Source: Eledone cirrhosa
Lineage: Eukaryota
Length of the DNA: 64,000 bases
Reading direction: 5' to 3'
Assembly: GCA_964016885.1 (NCBI GenBank)
Contig: OZ024743.1
Location: 142,166,001-142,230,000 of the forward strand
Of the stretch, positions 16,301 to 31,700 are shown in pieces. The notes beneath the pieces were generated by a model. It was not told where the DNA came from and did no database searches. It saw nothing but the letters and a program-made list of their open reading frames with translations. A program made the translations under genes and the position numbers. The stretch's first letter is position 1; each line of letters begins with the position of its first letter.

Positions 16301-17000
16301 GCACCAAGCACCAAACACCAAACACCAAGCACCAAGCACCAAACACCAAACAACAAGAACCAGGCACCAAGCACCAAACACAAAAACACCAAGCACCAAG
16401 CACCAAACACCAAACACCAAGCACGCAGCATCAAACACCAAGCACCAAGCACCAAGCACCAAAGACCAAGCACCAAGCACCAAGCACCAAGTACCAAACA
16501 CCAAACACCAAGCACCAAACACCAAACACCAAGCACCAAGCACCAAGCACGAAACACCAGGCACCAAGCACCAAGCACAAAACACCAAACACCAAGCACC
16601 AAACACCAGCCACCAAGCACCAAGCACCAAACACCAAACACCAAGCACTATGCACCAAACACCAAACAACAAGCACCAGGCACCAAGCACCAAGCACCAA
16701 ACACCAAGCACGCAGCACCAAACACCAAGCACCAAGCACCAAACACCAAACACCAAGCACCAAGCACCAAGCACCAAACACCAAACAGCAAGCACCAAGC
16801 ACCAAACACCAAGCACCAAACACCAAACCCCAAGCACCAATCACCAAACACTAATCAACAAGCACCAAGCACCAAACACGAAGCACCAAGCAGCAAGCAC
16901 CAAACACCAAGCACCAAGCACCAAGCACCAAGCACCAAACACCAAGCACCAAGCACCAAACACCAAACCCCAAGCACCAAAGACCAAGCACCAAGCACCA
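10310..17000 (+). repeat. Tandem duplication of a 3340-bp unit (~10310-13660 and ~13660-17000)
   Basis: Offset of 3340 for 10518..10955/13858..14295, 11421..12659/14761..15999, 12286..13500/15626..16840 and 13308..13511/16648..16851, with few differences. Confidence 0.92.
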
Positions 17001-20000
17001 AGGACCAAACACCAAGCACCAAGCACCAAGCACCAAACACCAAGCACCAAGCACCAAACACCCAGCACCAAGCACCAAGCACCAAACACCAAGCACCAAG
17101 CGCCAAACACCAAACACCAAACACCAAGCACCAAGCACCAAACAGCAAGCACCAAACACCAAACAACAAACAGCAAACGCCAAACACCAAGCACCAAGCA
17201 CCAAGCACCAAGCACCAAACACCAAGCACCAAGCACCAAGCACAAATCAGCAAACACCAAGCACCAAGGACCAAACATCAAACACCAAGCACCAAGCACC
17301 AAACACCAAACACCAATCACCAAGCACCAAGCACAAAGCACCGAACACCAAGCACCAAGCACCAAGCACCAAACACCAAGCACCAAACACCAAGCACCAG
17401 GCACCAAGCACCAAACACCAAGCACCAAGCACGAAGCACCAAACACCAAGCACCAAACACCAAACACTTAACACCAAGCACCAAGCACCAAGCACCAAAC
17501 ACCAAGCACCAAACACCAAACACCAAGCACCAAGTATCAAACACCAAGCACCAAGCACCAAACACCAAGCAGCAAGCACCAATCACCAAACACCAAGAAC
17601 CAAGCACCAAACACCAACTACCAAGCACCAAGTACATACACCAAGCACCAAACACCAAACACAAAACACCAAGCACCAAACACCGAGCACCAAACACCAG
17701 ATACCAAGCACCAAGCACCAAACACCAAACAACAAGCACCAGGCACAAAGCACCATACACCAAACACCAAGCAGCAAGCACCAACCACCAAACACCAAGC
17801 ACGCAGCATCAAACACCAAGCACCAAGCACCAAGCACCAAGCAACAAACACCAAGCACCAAGCACCAAGTACCAAACACCAACCACCAAGCACCAAACAC
17901 CAAACACCAAGCACCAAGCACCAAGCACGAAACACCAGGCACCAAGCACCAAGCACCAAACACCAAGCACCAAACACCAAACACCAAGCACCAAGTATCA
18001 AACACCAAGCACCAAGCACCAAACACCAAGCAGCAAGCACCAATCACCAAACACCAAGAACCAAGCACCAAACACCAACCACCAAGCACCAAGTACATAC
18101 ACCAAGCACCAAACACCAAACACAAAACACCAAGCACCAAGCACCAAGAACGAAACACCAGGCACCAAGCACCAAGCACCAAACACCAAGCACCAAACAC
18201 CAAACACCAAGCACCAAGTATCAAACACCAAGCACCAAGCACCAAACACCAAGCAGCAAGCACCAATCACCAAACACCAAACACCAAGCACCAAACACAA
18301 AACACCAAGCACCAAGCACCAAGCAGCACACACCCAGCATCAAACACCAAACACCAAACACCAAGCACCAAACACCAAACACCAAACAACAAGCACCAAG
18401 CACCAAGCACCAAACACCAGACACCAAGCACCAACACCAAGCACCAAGCACCAAGCACGAAACACCAAACAACAAGCACCAGGTACCAAGCACCAAACAC
18501 CAAAAACCAAGCACCAAGCACCAAGCACCAAGCACCAAACACCAAACACCAAGCACCAAGCACCAAGCACCAAACACCAAACAGCAAACACCAAACACCA
18601 AACAGCAAAAACCAAATACGAAACAGCAAACACCATACAGCAAACACCAAACACCAAAAAGCAGACACCAAACACCAAACACCAAACACCAAGCACCAAG
18701 CACCAAGCACCAACCACCAAACCCCAAGCACAAAGCAACACACACTAATCACCAAGCAGCAAGCACCAAACAACAAGCACCAAGCACCAAGCACCAAACA
18801 CCAAGCACCATGCACCAACCACCAACCACCCAGAACCTAGCACCAAGCACCAAACAGCAAGCACCAAACACCAAACACCAAACACCAAGCACCAAGCACC
18901 AAGCACCAAACACCAAGCCCCAAGCACCAAGCACCAAACACCAAACACCAAGAACCAAGCACCAAACACCAAGCACCAAGCACCAATCACAAAGAAAGAA
19001 ACAACAAGCAGCAAGCAGCAAGCACCAAACACCAAACACCAAGCACCAAACACCAAGCACCAAGCACCAAGGACCAAACATGAAACACCAAGCACCAAGC
19101 ACCAAACACCTAACACCAAGCACCAAGCACCAAGCACCAAGCACCGAACACCAAGCCCCAAACACCAAGCACCAAACACCAAGCACCAAACACCAAACAC
19201 TAAGTCCCACGCACCAAGCACCAAACACCAAACAGCAAGCACCAAGCACCAAACACCAAGCACCAAGCACCAAGCCCCTAGCACCAAACACCAAACACCA
19301 AGCACCAAGCACAAAACACCAAGCACCAATCACCAAGCACCAAACACCAAGCAGCAAGCAGCAAGCAACAAACACCAAAACCAAGCACCAAGCACCAAAC
19401 ACCAAACACCAAGCACCAAGCACCAAGCCCCTAGCACCAAACACCAAACACCAATCAAAAAGCACAAAACACCAAGCACCAATCACCAAGCACCAAACAC
19501 CTAGCAGCAAGCAGCAAGCACCAAACACCAAACACAAAGCACCAAGCACCAAATACCAAACACCAAGCACCAAGGTCCAAACATCAAACACCAAGCACCA
19601 AACGCCTAACACCAAGCACCAAGCACCAAGCACCAAGCAGCAAACACAAAACACCAAGCACCAAGCACCAAGCAGCAAACACCAAACACCAAGCACCATG
19701 CACCAAGCACCAAACACCAAACACCAAGCACCAAACACCAGATACCAAGCACCAAGCACCAAACACCAAACACCAAGCACCAAGCACCAAACACCAAACA
19801 ACAAGAACCAGGCACCAAGCACCAAACACCAAACACCAAGCACCAAGCACCAAACACCAAACACCAAGCACGCAGCATCAAACACCAAGCACCAAGCACC
19901 AAGCACCAAAGACCAAGCACCAAGCACCAAGCACCAAGTACCAAACACCAAACACCAAGCACCAAACACCAAACACCAAGCACCAAGCACCAAGCACGAA

Positions 20001-23000
20001 ACACCAGGCACCAAGCACCTAGCACAAAACACCAAACACCAAGCACCAAACACCAGCCACCAAGCACCAAGCACCAAACACCAAACACCAAGCACTATGC
20101 ACCAAACACCAAACAACAAGCACCAGGCACCAAGCACCTAACGCCTAACACCAAGCACGCAGCACCAAACACCAAGCACCAAGCACCAAGCACCAAACAC
20201 CAAGCACCAAGCACCAAGCACCAAACACCAAACACCAAACACCAAGCACCAAGAACCAAACACCAAACACCAAACAGCAAGCACCAAGCACCAAACACCA
20301 AGCACCAAACACCAAACCCCAAGCACCAAGCACAAAGCCCCTAGCACCAAACACCAAACACCAATCAAAAAGCACAAAACACCAAGCACCAATCACCAAG
20401 CACCAAACACCAAGCAGCAAGCAGCAAGCACCAAACACCAAACACCAAGCACCAAGCACCAAATACCAAACACCAAGCACCAAGGTCCAAATATCAAACA
20501 CCAAGCACCAAACGCCTAACACCAAGCACCAAGCACCAAGCACCAAGCACCAAACACAAAACACCAAGCACCAAGAACCAAGCAGCAAACACCAAGCATC
20601 AAACACCAAGCACCAAGCACCAAACACCAAACACCAAGCACCATGCACCAAGCACCAAACACCAAACACCAAGCACCAAACACCAGATACCAAGCACCAA
20701 GCACCAAACACCAAACACCAAGCACCAAGCACCAAACACCAAACAACAAGAACCAGGCACCAAGCACCAAACACAAAAACACCAAGCACCAAGCACCAAA
20801 CACCAAACACCAAGCACGCAGCATCAAACACCAAGCACCAAGCACCAAGCACCAAAGACCAAGCACCAAGCACCAAGCACCAAGTACCAAACACCAAACA
20901 CCAAGCACAAAACACCAAACACCAAGCACCAAACACCAGCCACCAAGCACCAAGCACCAAACACCAAACACCAAGCACTATGCACCAAACACCAAACAAC
21001 AAGCACCAGGCACCAAGCACCAAGCACCAAACACCAAGCACGCAGCACCAAACACCAAGCACCAAGCACCAAACACCAAACACCAAGCACCAAGCACCAA
21101 GCACCAAACACCAAACAGCAAGCACCAAGCACCAAACACCAAGCACCAAACACCAAACCCCAAGCACCAATCACCAAACACTAATCAACAAGCACCAAGC
21201 ACCAAACACGAAGCACCAAGCAGCAAGCACCAAACACCAAGCACCAAGCACCAAGCACCAAGCACCAAACACCAAGCACCAAGCACCAAACACCAAACCC
21301 CAAGCACCAAAGACCAAGCACCAAGCACCAAGGACCAAACACCAAGCACCAAGCACCAAGCACCAAACACCAAGCACCAAGCACCAAACACCCAGCACCA
21401 AGCACCAAGCACCAAACACCAAGCACCAAGCACCAAACACCAAACACCAAACACCAAGCACCAAGCACCAAACAGCAAGCACCAAACACCAAACAACAAA
21501 CAGCAAACGCCAAACACCAAGCACCAAGCACCAAGCACCAAGCACCAAACACCAAGCACCAGGCACCAAGCACAAATCAGCAAACACCAAGCACCAAGGA
21601 CCAAACATCAAACACCAAGCACCAAGCACCAAACACCAAACACCAATCACCAAGCACCAAGCACAAAGCACCGAACACCAAGCACCAAGCACCAAGCACC
21701 AAACACCAAGCACCAAACACCAAGCACCAGGCACCAAGCACCAAACACCAAGCACCAAGCACGAAGCACCAAACACCAAGCACCAAACACCAAACACTTA
21801 ACACCAAGCACCAAGCACCAAGCACCAAACACCAAGCACCAAACACCAAACACCAAGCACCAAGTATCAAACACCAAGCACCAAGCACCAAACACCAAGC
21901 AGCAAGCACCAATCACCAAACACCAAGAACCAAGCACCAAACACCAACTACCAAGCACCAAGTACATACACCAAGCACCAAACACCAAACACAAAACACC
22001 AAGCACCAAACACCGAGCACCAAACACCAGATACCAAGCACCAAGCACCAAACACCAAACAACAAGCACCAGGCACAAAGCACCATACACCAAACACCAA
22101 GCAGCAAGCACCAACCACCAAACACCAAGCACGCAGCATCAAACACCAAGCACCAAGCACCAAGCACCAAGCAACAAACACCAAGCACCAAGCACCAAGT
22201 ACCAAACACCAACCACCAAGCACCAAACACCAAACACCAAGCACCAAGCACCAAGCACGAAACACCAGGCACCAAGCACCAAGCACCAAACACCAAGCAC
22301 CAAACACCAAACACCAAGCACCAAGTATCAAACACCAAGCACCAAGCACCAAACACCAAGCAGCAAGCACCAATCACCAAACACCAAGAACCAAGCACCA
22401 AACACCAACCACCAAGCACCAAGTACATACACCAAGCACCAAACACCAAACACAAAACACCAAGCACCAAGCACCAAGCACGAAACACCAGGCACCAAGC
22501 ACCAAGCACCAAACACCAAGCACCAAACACCAAACACCAAGCACCAAGTATCAAACACCAAGCACCAAGCACCAAACACCAAGCAGCAAGCACCAATCAC
22601 CAAACACCAAACACCAAGCACCAAACACAAAACACCAAGCACCAAGCACCAAGCAGCACACACCCAGCATCAAACACCAAACACCAAACACCAAGCACCA
22701 AACACCAAACACCAAACAACAAGCACCAAGCACCAAGCACCAAACACCAGACACCAAGCACCAACACCAAGCACCAAGCACCAAGCACGAAACACCAAAC
22801 AACAAGCACCAGGTACCAAGCACCAAACACCAAAAACCAAGCACCAAGCACCAAGCACCAAGCACCAAACACCAAACACCAAGCACCAAGCACCAAGCAC
22901 CAAACACCAAACAGCAAACACCAAACACCAAACAGCAAAAACCAAATACGAAACAGCAAACACCAAAAACCAAGCACCAAGCACCAAGCACCAAGCACCA

Positions 23001-23815
23001 AACACCAAAAACCAAGCACCAAGCACCAAGCACCAAGCACCAGGCACCAAACACCAAACACCAAACACCAAACACCAAACACCAAGCACCAAGCTCCAAG
23101 CACCAACCACCAAACCCCAAGCACAAAGCAACACACACTAATCACCAAGCAGCAAGCACCAAAAAACAAGCACCAAGCACCAAGCACCAAACACCAAGCA
23201 CCAAGCACCAACCACCAACCACCCAGAACCTAGCACCAAGCACCAAACAGCAAGCACCAAACACCAAACACCAAACACCAAGCACCAAGCACCAAGCACC
23301 AAACACCAAGCCCCAAGCACCAAGCACCAAACACCAAACACCAAGAACCAAGCACCAAACACCAAGCACCAAGCACCAATCACAAAGAAAGAAACAACAA
23401 GCAGCAAGCAGCAAGCACCAAACACCAAACACCAAGCACCAAACACCAAGCACCAAGCACCAAGGACCAAACATGAAACACCAAGCACCAAGCACCAAAC
23501 ACCTAACACCAAGCACCAAGCACCAAGCACCAAGCACCGAACACCAAGCCCCAAACACCAAGCACCAAACACCAAGCACCAAACACCAAACACTAAGTCC
23601 CACGCACCAAGCACCAAACACCAAACAGCAAGCACCAAGCACCAAACACCAAGCACCAAGCACCAAGCCCCTAGCACCAAACACCAAACACCAAGCACCA
23701 AGCACAAAACACCAAGCACCAATCACCAAGCACCAAACACCAAGCAGCAAGCAGCAAGCACCAAACACCAAAACCAAGCACCAAGCACCAAACACCAAAC
23801 ACCAAGCACCAAGCA
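15000..23815 (+). repeat. Tandem duplication of a 4393-bp unit (~15000-19410 and ~19410-23815), overlapping the 3340-bp duplication
   Basis: Offset is 4393 (15191..15478/19584..19871; 18745..19329/23138..23722) and 4330 internally (16841..17467/21171..21797; 17583..18266/21913..22596). Confidence 0.92.
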
Positions 23816-24049
23816 CCAAACACCTAACACCAAGCACCAAGCACCAAGCACCAAGCACCAAACACCAAGCACCAATCACCAAACACCAAGCACCAAGCAC
23901 CAAACACCAAGCACCAGGCACCAAGCACCAAACACCAAGCACCAAACACCAAGCACCAAGCACCAAACACCAAGCACCAAGACCGAAGCACCAAACACCA
24001 AGCACCAAACTCCAAACACAAAACACCAAGCACCAAGCAGCAAGCACCA

Positions 24050-27000
24050 AACACCAAACACCAAGCACCAAGCACCAAACACCAAACTCCAAGCACCAAG
24101 GACCAAACATCAAACACCAAGCACCAAGTACCAAACACCTAACACCAAGCACCAAGCACCAAGCCCCAAACACCAAGCACCAAGCACCAAAGACCAAGCA
24201 CCAAGCACCAAGCACCAAACACCAAGCACCAAGCACCAAACACCAAACCCCAAGCACCAAACACCAAACCGCAAGCACCAAGCACCAAACACTAATCACC
24301 AAGCACCAAGCACCAAACAACAAGCACCAAGCACCAAGCACCAGGCACCAAGCACCAAGCACCAAACACAAAACACCAAGCACCAAGCACCAAGCAGCAA
24401 ACACCAAGCATCAAACACCAAACACCAAACACCAAGCACCAAACACCAAGCACCAATCACCAAATACCAAGCACCAAGCACCAAACACCAAGCACCAAAC
24501 ACCAGATACCAAGCACCAAGCACCAAACACCAAACACCAAGCACCAAGCAGCAAACACCAAACAAGAAGCACCAGGCACCAAGCACCAAACACCAAACAC
24601 CAAGCACGCAGCATCAAACACGAAGCACCAAGCACCAAGCACCAAACACCAATCACCAAGCACCAAGCACCAAGTACCAAACACCAACCACGAAGCACCA
24701 AACAACAAGCAGCAGGCACCAAGCACCAAACACCAAACACCAAGCACGCAGCACCAAACACCAAGCACCAAGCACCAAACACCAATCACCTAGCACCAAG
24801 CACCAAACACCAAACACCAAACACCAAGCACCAAGAACCAAACACCAAACACCAAACAGCAAGCACCAAGCACCAAACACCAAGCACCAAACACCAAACC
24901 CCAAGCACCAATCACCAAACACTAATCACCAAGCACCAAGCACCAAACACCAAGCACCAAGCAGCAAGCACCAAACACCAAGCACCAAGCACCAAGCACC
25001 AAGCACCAAGCACCAAGCACCAAACACCAAGCACCAAGCACCAAACACCAAGCACCAGGCACCAAGCACCAAACACCAAGCACCAAACACCAAGCACCAA
25101 GCACCAAACACCAAGCACCAAGACCGAAGCACCAAACACCAAGCACCAAACTCCAAACACAAAACACCAAGCACCAAGCAGCAAGCACCAAGCACCAAAC
25201 ACCAATCACCTAGCACCAAGCACCAAACACCAAACACCAAACACCAAGCACCAAGAACCAAACACCAAACACCAAACAGCAAGCACCAAGCACCAAACAC
25301 CAAGCACCAAACACCAAACCCCAAGCACCAATCACCAAACACTAATCACCAAGCACCAAGCACCAAACACCAAGCACCCAGCAGCAAGCACCAAACACCA
25401 AGCACCAAGCACCAAGCACCAAGCACCAAGCACCAAGCACCAAGCACCAAACACCAAGCACCAAACACCAAACCCCAAGCACCAATCACCAAACACTAAT
25501 CACCAAGCACCAAGCACCAAACACCAAGCACCAAGCAGCAAGCACCAAACACCAAGCACCAAGCACCAAGCACGAAACACCAGGCACCAAGCACCAAGCA
25601 CAAAACACCAAACACCAAGCACCAAACACCAGCCACCAAGCACCAAGCACCAAACACCAAACACCAAGCACTATGCACCAAACACCAAACAACAAGCACC
25701 AGGCACCAAGCACCAAACGCCAAACACCAAGCACGCAGCACCAAACACCAAGCACCAAGCACCAAGCACCAAACACCCAGCACCAAGCACCAAGCACCAA
25801 ACACCAAACACCAAACACCAAGCACCAAGAACCAAACCCCAAACACCAAACAGCAAGCACCAAGCACCAAACACCAAGCACCAAACACCAAACCCCAAGC
25901 ACCAATCACCAAACACTAATCAACAAGCACCAAGCACCAAACACGAAGCACCAAGCAGCAAGCACCAAACACCAAGCACCAAGCACCAAGCACCAAACAC
26001 CAAGCACCAAGCACCAAACACCAAACCCCAAGCACCAAAGACCAAGCACCAAGCACCAAGCACCAAGCACCAAACACCAAGCACCAAGCACCAAACACCA
26101 AGCACCAAGCACCAAACACCAAACACCAAACACCAAGCACCAAGCACCAAACACCAAGCACCAAACACCAAACACCATACAGCAAACACCAAACACCAAA
26201 AAGCAGACACCAAACACCAAACACCAAACACCAAGCACCAAGCACCAAGCACCAACCACCAAACCCCAAGCACCAAGCAACACACACTAATCACCAAGCA
26301 CCAAGCACCAAACAACAAGCACCAAGCACCAAGCACCAAACACCAAGCACCAAGCACCAACCACCAACCACCCAGAACCTAGCACCAAGCACCAAACAGC
26401 AAGCACCAAACACCAAACACCAAACACCAAGCACCAAGCACCAAGCACCAAACACCAAGCACCAAGCACCAAGCACCAAACACCAAACACCAAGCACCAA
26501 GCACCAAACACCAAACACCAAGCACCAAGGACCAAACATCAAACACCAAGCACCAAGTACCAAACACCTAACACCAAGCACCAAGCACCAAGCCCCAAAC
26601 ACCAAGCACCAAGCACCAAAGACCAAGCACCAAGCACCAAGCACCAAACACCAAGCACCAAGCACCAAACACCAAACCCCAAGCACCAAACACCAAACCG
26701 CAAGAACCAAGCACCAAACACTAATCACCAAGCACCAAGCACCAAACAACAAGCACCAAGCACCAAGCACCAGGCACCAAGCACCAAGCACCAAACACAA
26801 AACACCAAGCACCAAGCACCAAGCAGCAAACACCAAGCATCAAACACCAAACACCAAACACCAAGCACCAAACACCAAGCACCAAGCACCAAGCACCAAA
26901 CACCAGATACCAAGCACCAAGCACCAAACACCTAACACCAAGCACCAAGCACCAAGCACCAAGCACCAAACACCAAGCACCAATCACCAAACACCAAGCA

Positions 27001-28700
27001 CCAAGCACCAAACACCAAGCACCAAACACCAGATACCAAGCACCAAGCACCAAACACCAAACACCAAGCACCAAGCAGCAAACACCAAACAACAAGCACC
27101 AGGCACCAAGCACCAAACACCAAACACCAAGCACGCAGCATCAAACACCAAGCACCAAGCACCAAGCACCAAACACCAATCACCAAGCACCAAGCACCAA
27201 GTACCAAACACCAACCACGAAGCACCAAACAACAAGCAGCAGGCACCAAGCACCAAACACCAAACACCAAGCACGCAGCACCAAACACCAAGCACCAAGC
27301 ACCAAACACCAATCACCTAGCACCAAGCACCAAACACCAAACACCAAACACCAAGCACCAAGAACCAAACACCAAACACCAAACAGCAAGCACCAAGCAC
27401 CAAACACCAAGCACCAAACACCAAACCCCAAGCACCAATCACCAAACACTAATCACCAAGCACCAAGCACCAAACACCAAGCACCAAGCAGCAAGCACCA
27501 AACACCAAGCACCAAGCACCAAGCACCAAGCACCAAGCACCAATCACCAAACACCAAGCACCAAGCACCAAACACCAAGCACCAGGCACCAAGCACCAAA
27601 CACCAAGCACCAAACACCAAGCACCAAGCACCAAACACCAAGCACCAAGACCGAAGCACCAAACACCAAGCACCAAACTCCAAACACAAAACACCAAGCA
27701 CCAAGCAGCAAGCACCAAGCACCAAACACCAATCACCTAGCACCAAGCACCAAACACCAAACACCAAACACCAAGCACCAAGAACCAAACACCAAACACC
27801 AAACAGCAAGCACCAAGCACCAAACACCAAGCACCAAACACCAAACCCCAAGCACCAATCACCAAACACTAATCACCATGCACCAAGCACCAAACACCAA
27901 GCACCAAGCAGCAAGCACCAAACACCAAGCACCAAGCACCAAGCACCAAGCACCAAGCACCAAGCACCAAACACCAAGCACCAAACACCAAACAACAAGA
28001 ACCAGGCACCAAGCACCAAACACCAAACACCAAGCACCAAGCACCAAAGACCAAGCACCAAGCACCAAGCACCAAGTACCAAACACCAAACACCAAGCAC
28101 CAAACACCAAACACCAAGCACCAAGCACCAAGCACGAAACACCAGGCACCAAGCACCAAGCACAAAACACCAAACACCAAGCACCAAACACCAGCCACCA
28201 AGCACCAAGCACCAAACACCAAACACCAAGCACTATGCACCAAACACCAAACAACAAGCACCAGGCACCAAGCACCAAACGCCAAACACCAAGCACGCAG
28301 CACCAAACACCAAGCACCAAGCACCAAGCACCAAACACCAAGCACCAAGCACCAAGCACCAAACACCAAACACCAAACACCAAGCACCAAGAACCAAACC
28401 CCAAGCACCAAACAGCAAGCACCAAGCACCAAACACCAAGCACCAAACACCAAACCCCAAGCACCAATCACCAAACACTAATCAACAAGCACCAAGCACC
28501 AAACACGAAGCACCAAGCAGCAAGCACCAAACACCAAGCACCAAGCACCAAGCACCAAGCACCAAACACCAAGCACCAAGCACCAAACACCAAACCTCAA
28601 GCACCAAAGACCAAGCACCAAGCACCAAGCACCAAGCACCAAACACCAAGCACCAAGCACCAAACACCCAGCACCAAGCACCAAGCACCAAACACCAAGC
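24050..28700 (+). repeat. Imperfect tandem duplication of a ~2.4-2.56 kb unit containing an internal 420-bp offset repeat
   Basis: Offsets are 2429 (24110..24292/26539..26721), 2527 (24653..24922/27180..27449) and 2562 (25671..25916/28233..28478). Lines 24781 and 25201 are identical, as are 27301 and 27721. Confidence 0.85.
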
Positions 28701-31700
28701 ACCAAGCACCAAACACCAAACACCAAACACCAAGCACCAAGCACCAAACAGCAAGCACCAAACACCAAACAACAAACAGCAAACGCCAAACACCAAGCAC
28801 CAAGCACCAAGCACCAAAAACCAAGCACCAAGCACCAAGCACAAATCAGCAAACACCAAGCACCAAGGACCAAACATCAAGCACCAAGCAGCAAGCACCA
28901 AACACCGAACACCAAACACCGAACACCAATCACCAAGCACCAAGCACAAAGCACCGAACACCAAGCACCAAACACCAAGTACCAAACACCAAGCACCAAA
29001 CACCAAGCACCAGGCACCAAGCACCAAACACCAAGCACCATGCACCAAACACCAAGCACCAAGCACGAAGCACCAAACACCAAGCACCAAACACCAAACA
29101 CTTAACACCAAGAACCAAGCACCAAGCACCAAACACCAAGCACCAAACACCAAACACCAAGCACCAAGTATCAAACACCAAGCACCAAGCACCAAACACC
29201 AAGCACCAAACACCAAACACCAAGCACCAAACACCAGCCACCAAGCACCAAGCACCAAACACCAAACACCAAGCACTAAGCACCAAACACCAAACAACAA
29301 GCAGCAGGCACCAAGCACCAAACACCAAACACCAAGCACGCAGCACCAAACACCAAGCACCAAGCACCAAACACCAATCACCTAGCACCAAGCACCAAAC
29401 ACCAAACACCAAACACCAAGCACCAAGAACCAAACACCAAACACCAAACAGCAAGCACCAAGCACCAAACACCAAGCACCAAGCACCAAGCACCAAGCAC
29501 CAAGCACCAAGCACCAAACACCAAGCACCAAGCACCAAACATCAAACACCAAACACCAAGCACCAAGCACCAAACAGCAAGCACCAAATACCAAGCACCA
29601 AACACCAAGCACCAAACACCAAGCCCCACGCACCAAGCACCAAACACCAAAGACCAAGCACCAAGCACCAAACACTAATCACCAAGCACCAAGCCCCTAG
29701 CACCAAACACCAAACACCAATCAAAAAGCACAAAACACCAAGCACCAATCACCAAGCACCAAACACCTAGCAGCAAGCAGCAAGCACCAAACACCAAACA
29801 CAAAGCACCAAGCACCAAATACCAAACACCAAGCACCAAGGTCCAAACATCAAACACCAAGCACCAAACGCCTAACACCAAGCACCAAGCACCAAGCACC
29901 AAGCACCAAACACAAAACACCAAGCACCAAGCACCAAGCAGCAAACACCAAACACCAAGCACCATGCACCAAGCACCAAACACCAAACACCAAGCACCAA
30001 ACACCAGATACCAAGCACCAAGCACCAAACACCAAACACCAAGCCCCAAGCACCAAACACCAAACAACAAGAACCAGGCACCAAGCACCAAACACCAAAC
30101 ACCAAGCACCAAGCACCAAACACCAAACACCAAGCACGCAGCATCAAACACCAAGCACCAAGCACCAAGCACCAAAGACCAAGCACCAAGCACCAAGCAC
30201 CAAGTACCAAACACCAAACACCAAGCACCAAACACCAAACACCAAGCACCAAGCACCAAGCACGAAACACCAGGCACCAAGCACCAAGCACAAAACACCA
30301 AACACCAAGCACCAAACACCAGCCACCAAGCACCAAGCACCAAACACCAAACACCAAGCACTATGCACCAAACACCAAACAACAAGCACCAGGCACCAAG
30401 CACCAAACGCCAAGCACCAAGCACGCAGCACCAAACACCAAGCACCAAGCACCAAGCACCAAACACCAAGCACCAAGCACCAAGCACCAAACACCAAACA
30501 CCAAACACCAAGCACCAAGAACCAAACACCAAACACCAAACAGCAAGCACCAAGCACCAAACACCAAACACCAAGCACCAAACACCAGCCACCAAGCACC
30601 AAGCACCAAACACCAAACACCAAGCCCTAAGCACCAAACACCAAACAACAAGCAGCAGGCACCAAGCACCATACACCAAACACCAAGCACGCAGCACCAA
30701 ACACCAAGCACCAAGCACCAAACACCCATCACCTAGCACCAAGCACCAAACACCAAACACCAAACACCAAGCACCAAGAACCAAACACCAAACACCAAAC
30801 AGCAAGCACCAAGCACCAAACACCAAGCACCAAACACCAAACCCCAAGCACCAATCACCAAACACTAATCACCAAGCACCAAGCACCAAACACCAAGCAC
30901 CAAGCACCAAGCACCAAGCACCAAGCACCAAGCACCAAACACCAAGCACCAAGCACCAAACATCAAACACCAAACACCAAGCACCAAGCACCAAACAGCA
31001 AGCACCAAATACCAAGCACCAAACACCAAGCACCAAACACCAAGCCCCACGCACCAAGCACCAAACACCAAACACCAAGCACCAAGCACCAAACACTAAT
31101 CACCAAGCACCAAGCCCCTAGCACCAAACACCAAACACCAATCAAAAAGCACAAAACACCAAGCACCAATCACCAAGCACCAAACACCTAGCAGCAAGCA
31201 GCAAGCACCAAACACCAAACACAAAGCACCAAGCACCAAATACCAAACACCAAGCACCAAGGTCCAAACATCAAACACCAAGCACCAAACGCCTAACACC
31301 AAGCACCAAGCACCAAGCACCAAGCACCAAACACAAAACACCAAGCACCAAGCACCAAGCAGCAAACACCAAACACCAAGCACCATGCACCAAGCACCAA
31401 ACACCAGATACCAAGCACCAAGCACCAAACACCAAACACCAAGCACCAAGCACCAAACACCAAACAACAAGAACCAGGCACCAAGCACCAAACACCAAAC
31501 ACCAAGCACCAAGCACCAAACACCAAACACCAAGCACGCAGCATCAAACACCAAGCACCAAGCACCAAGCACCAAAGACCAAGCACTAAGCACCAAGCAC
31601 CAAGTACCAAACACCAAACACCAAGCACCAAACACCAAACACCAAGCACCAAGCACCAAGCACGAAACACCAGGCACCAAGCACCAAGCACAAAACACCA

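Noticed and set aside
23473-26382. 969-aa and other long plus-strand ORFs as mucin-like or repeat-protein CDS
   Set aside because: The + strand is almost T-free, so stops are rare by composition. The ATGs are chance CACCATG/CACTATG/CATGAAA variants, and there is no non-repetitive N- or C-terminus or frame preference.
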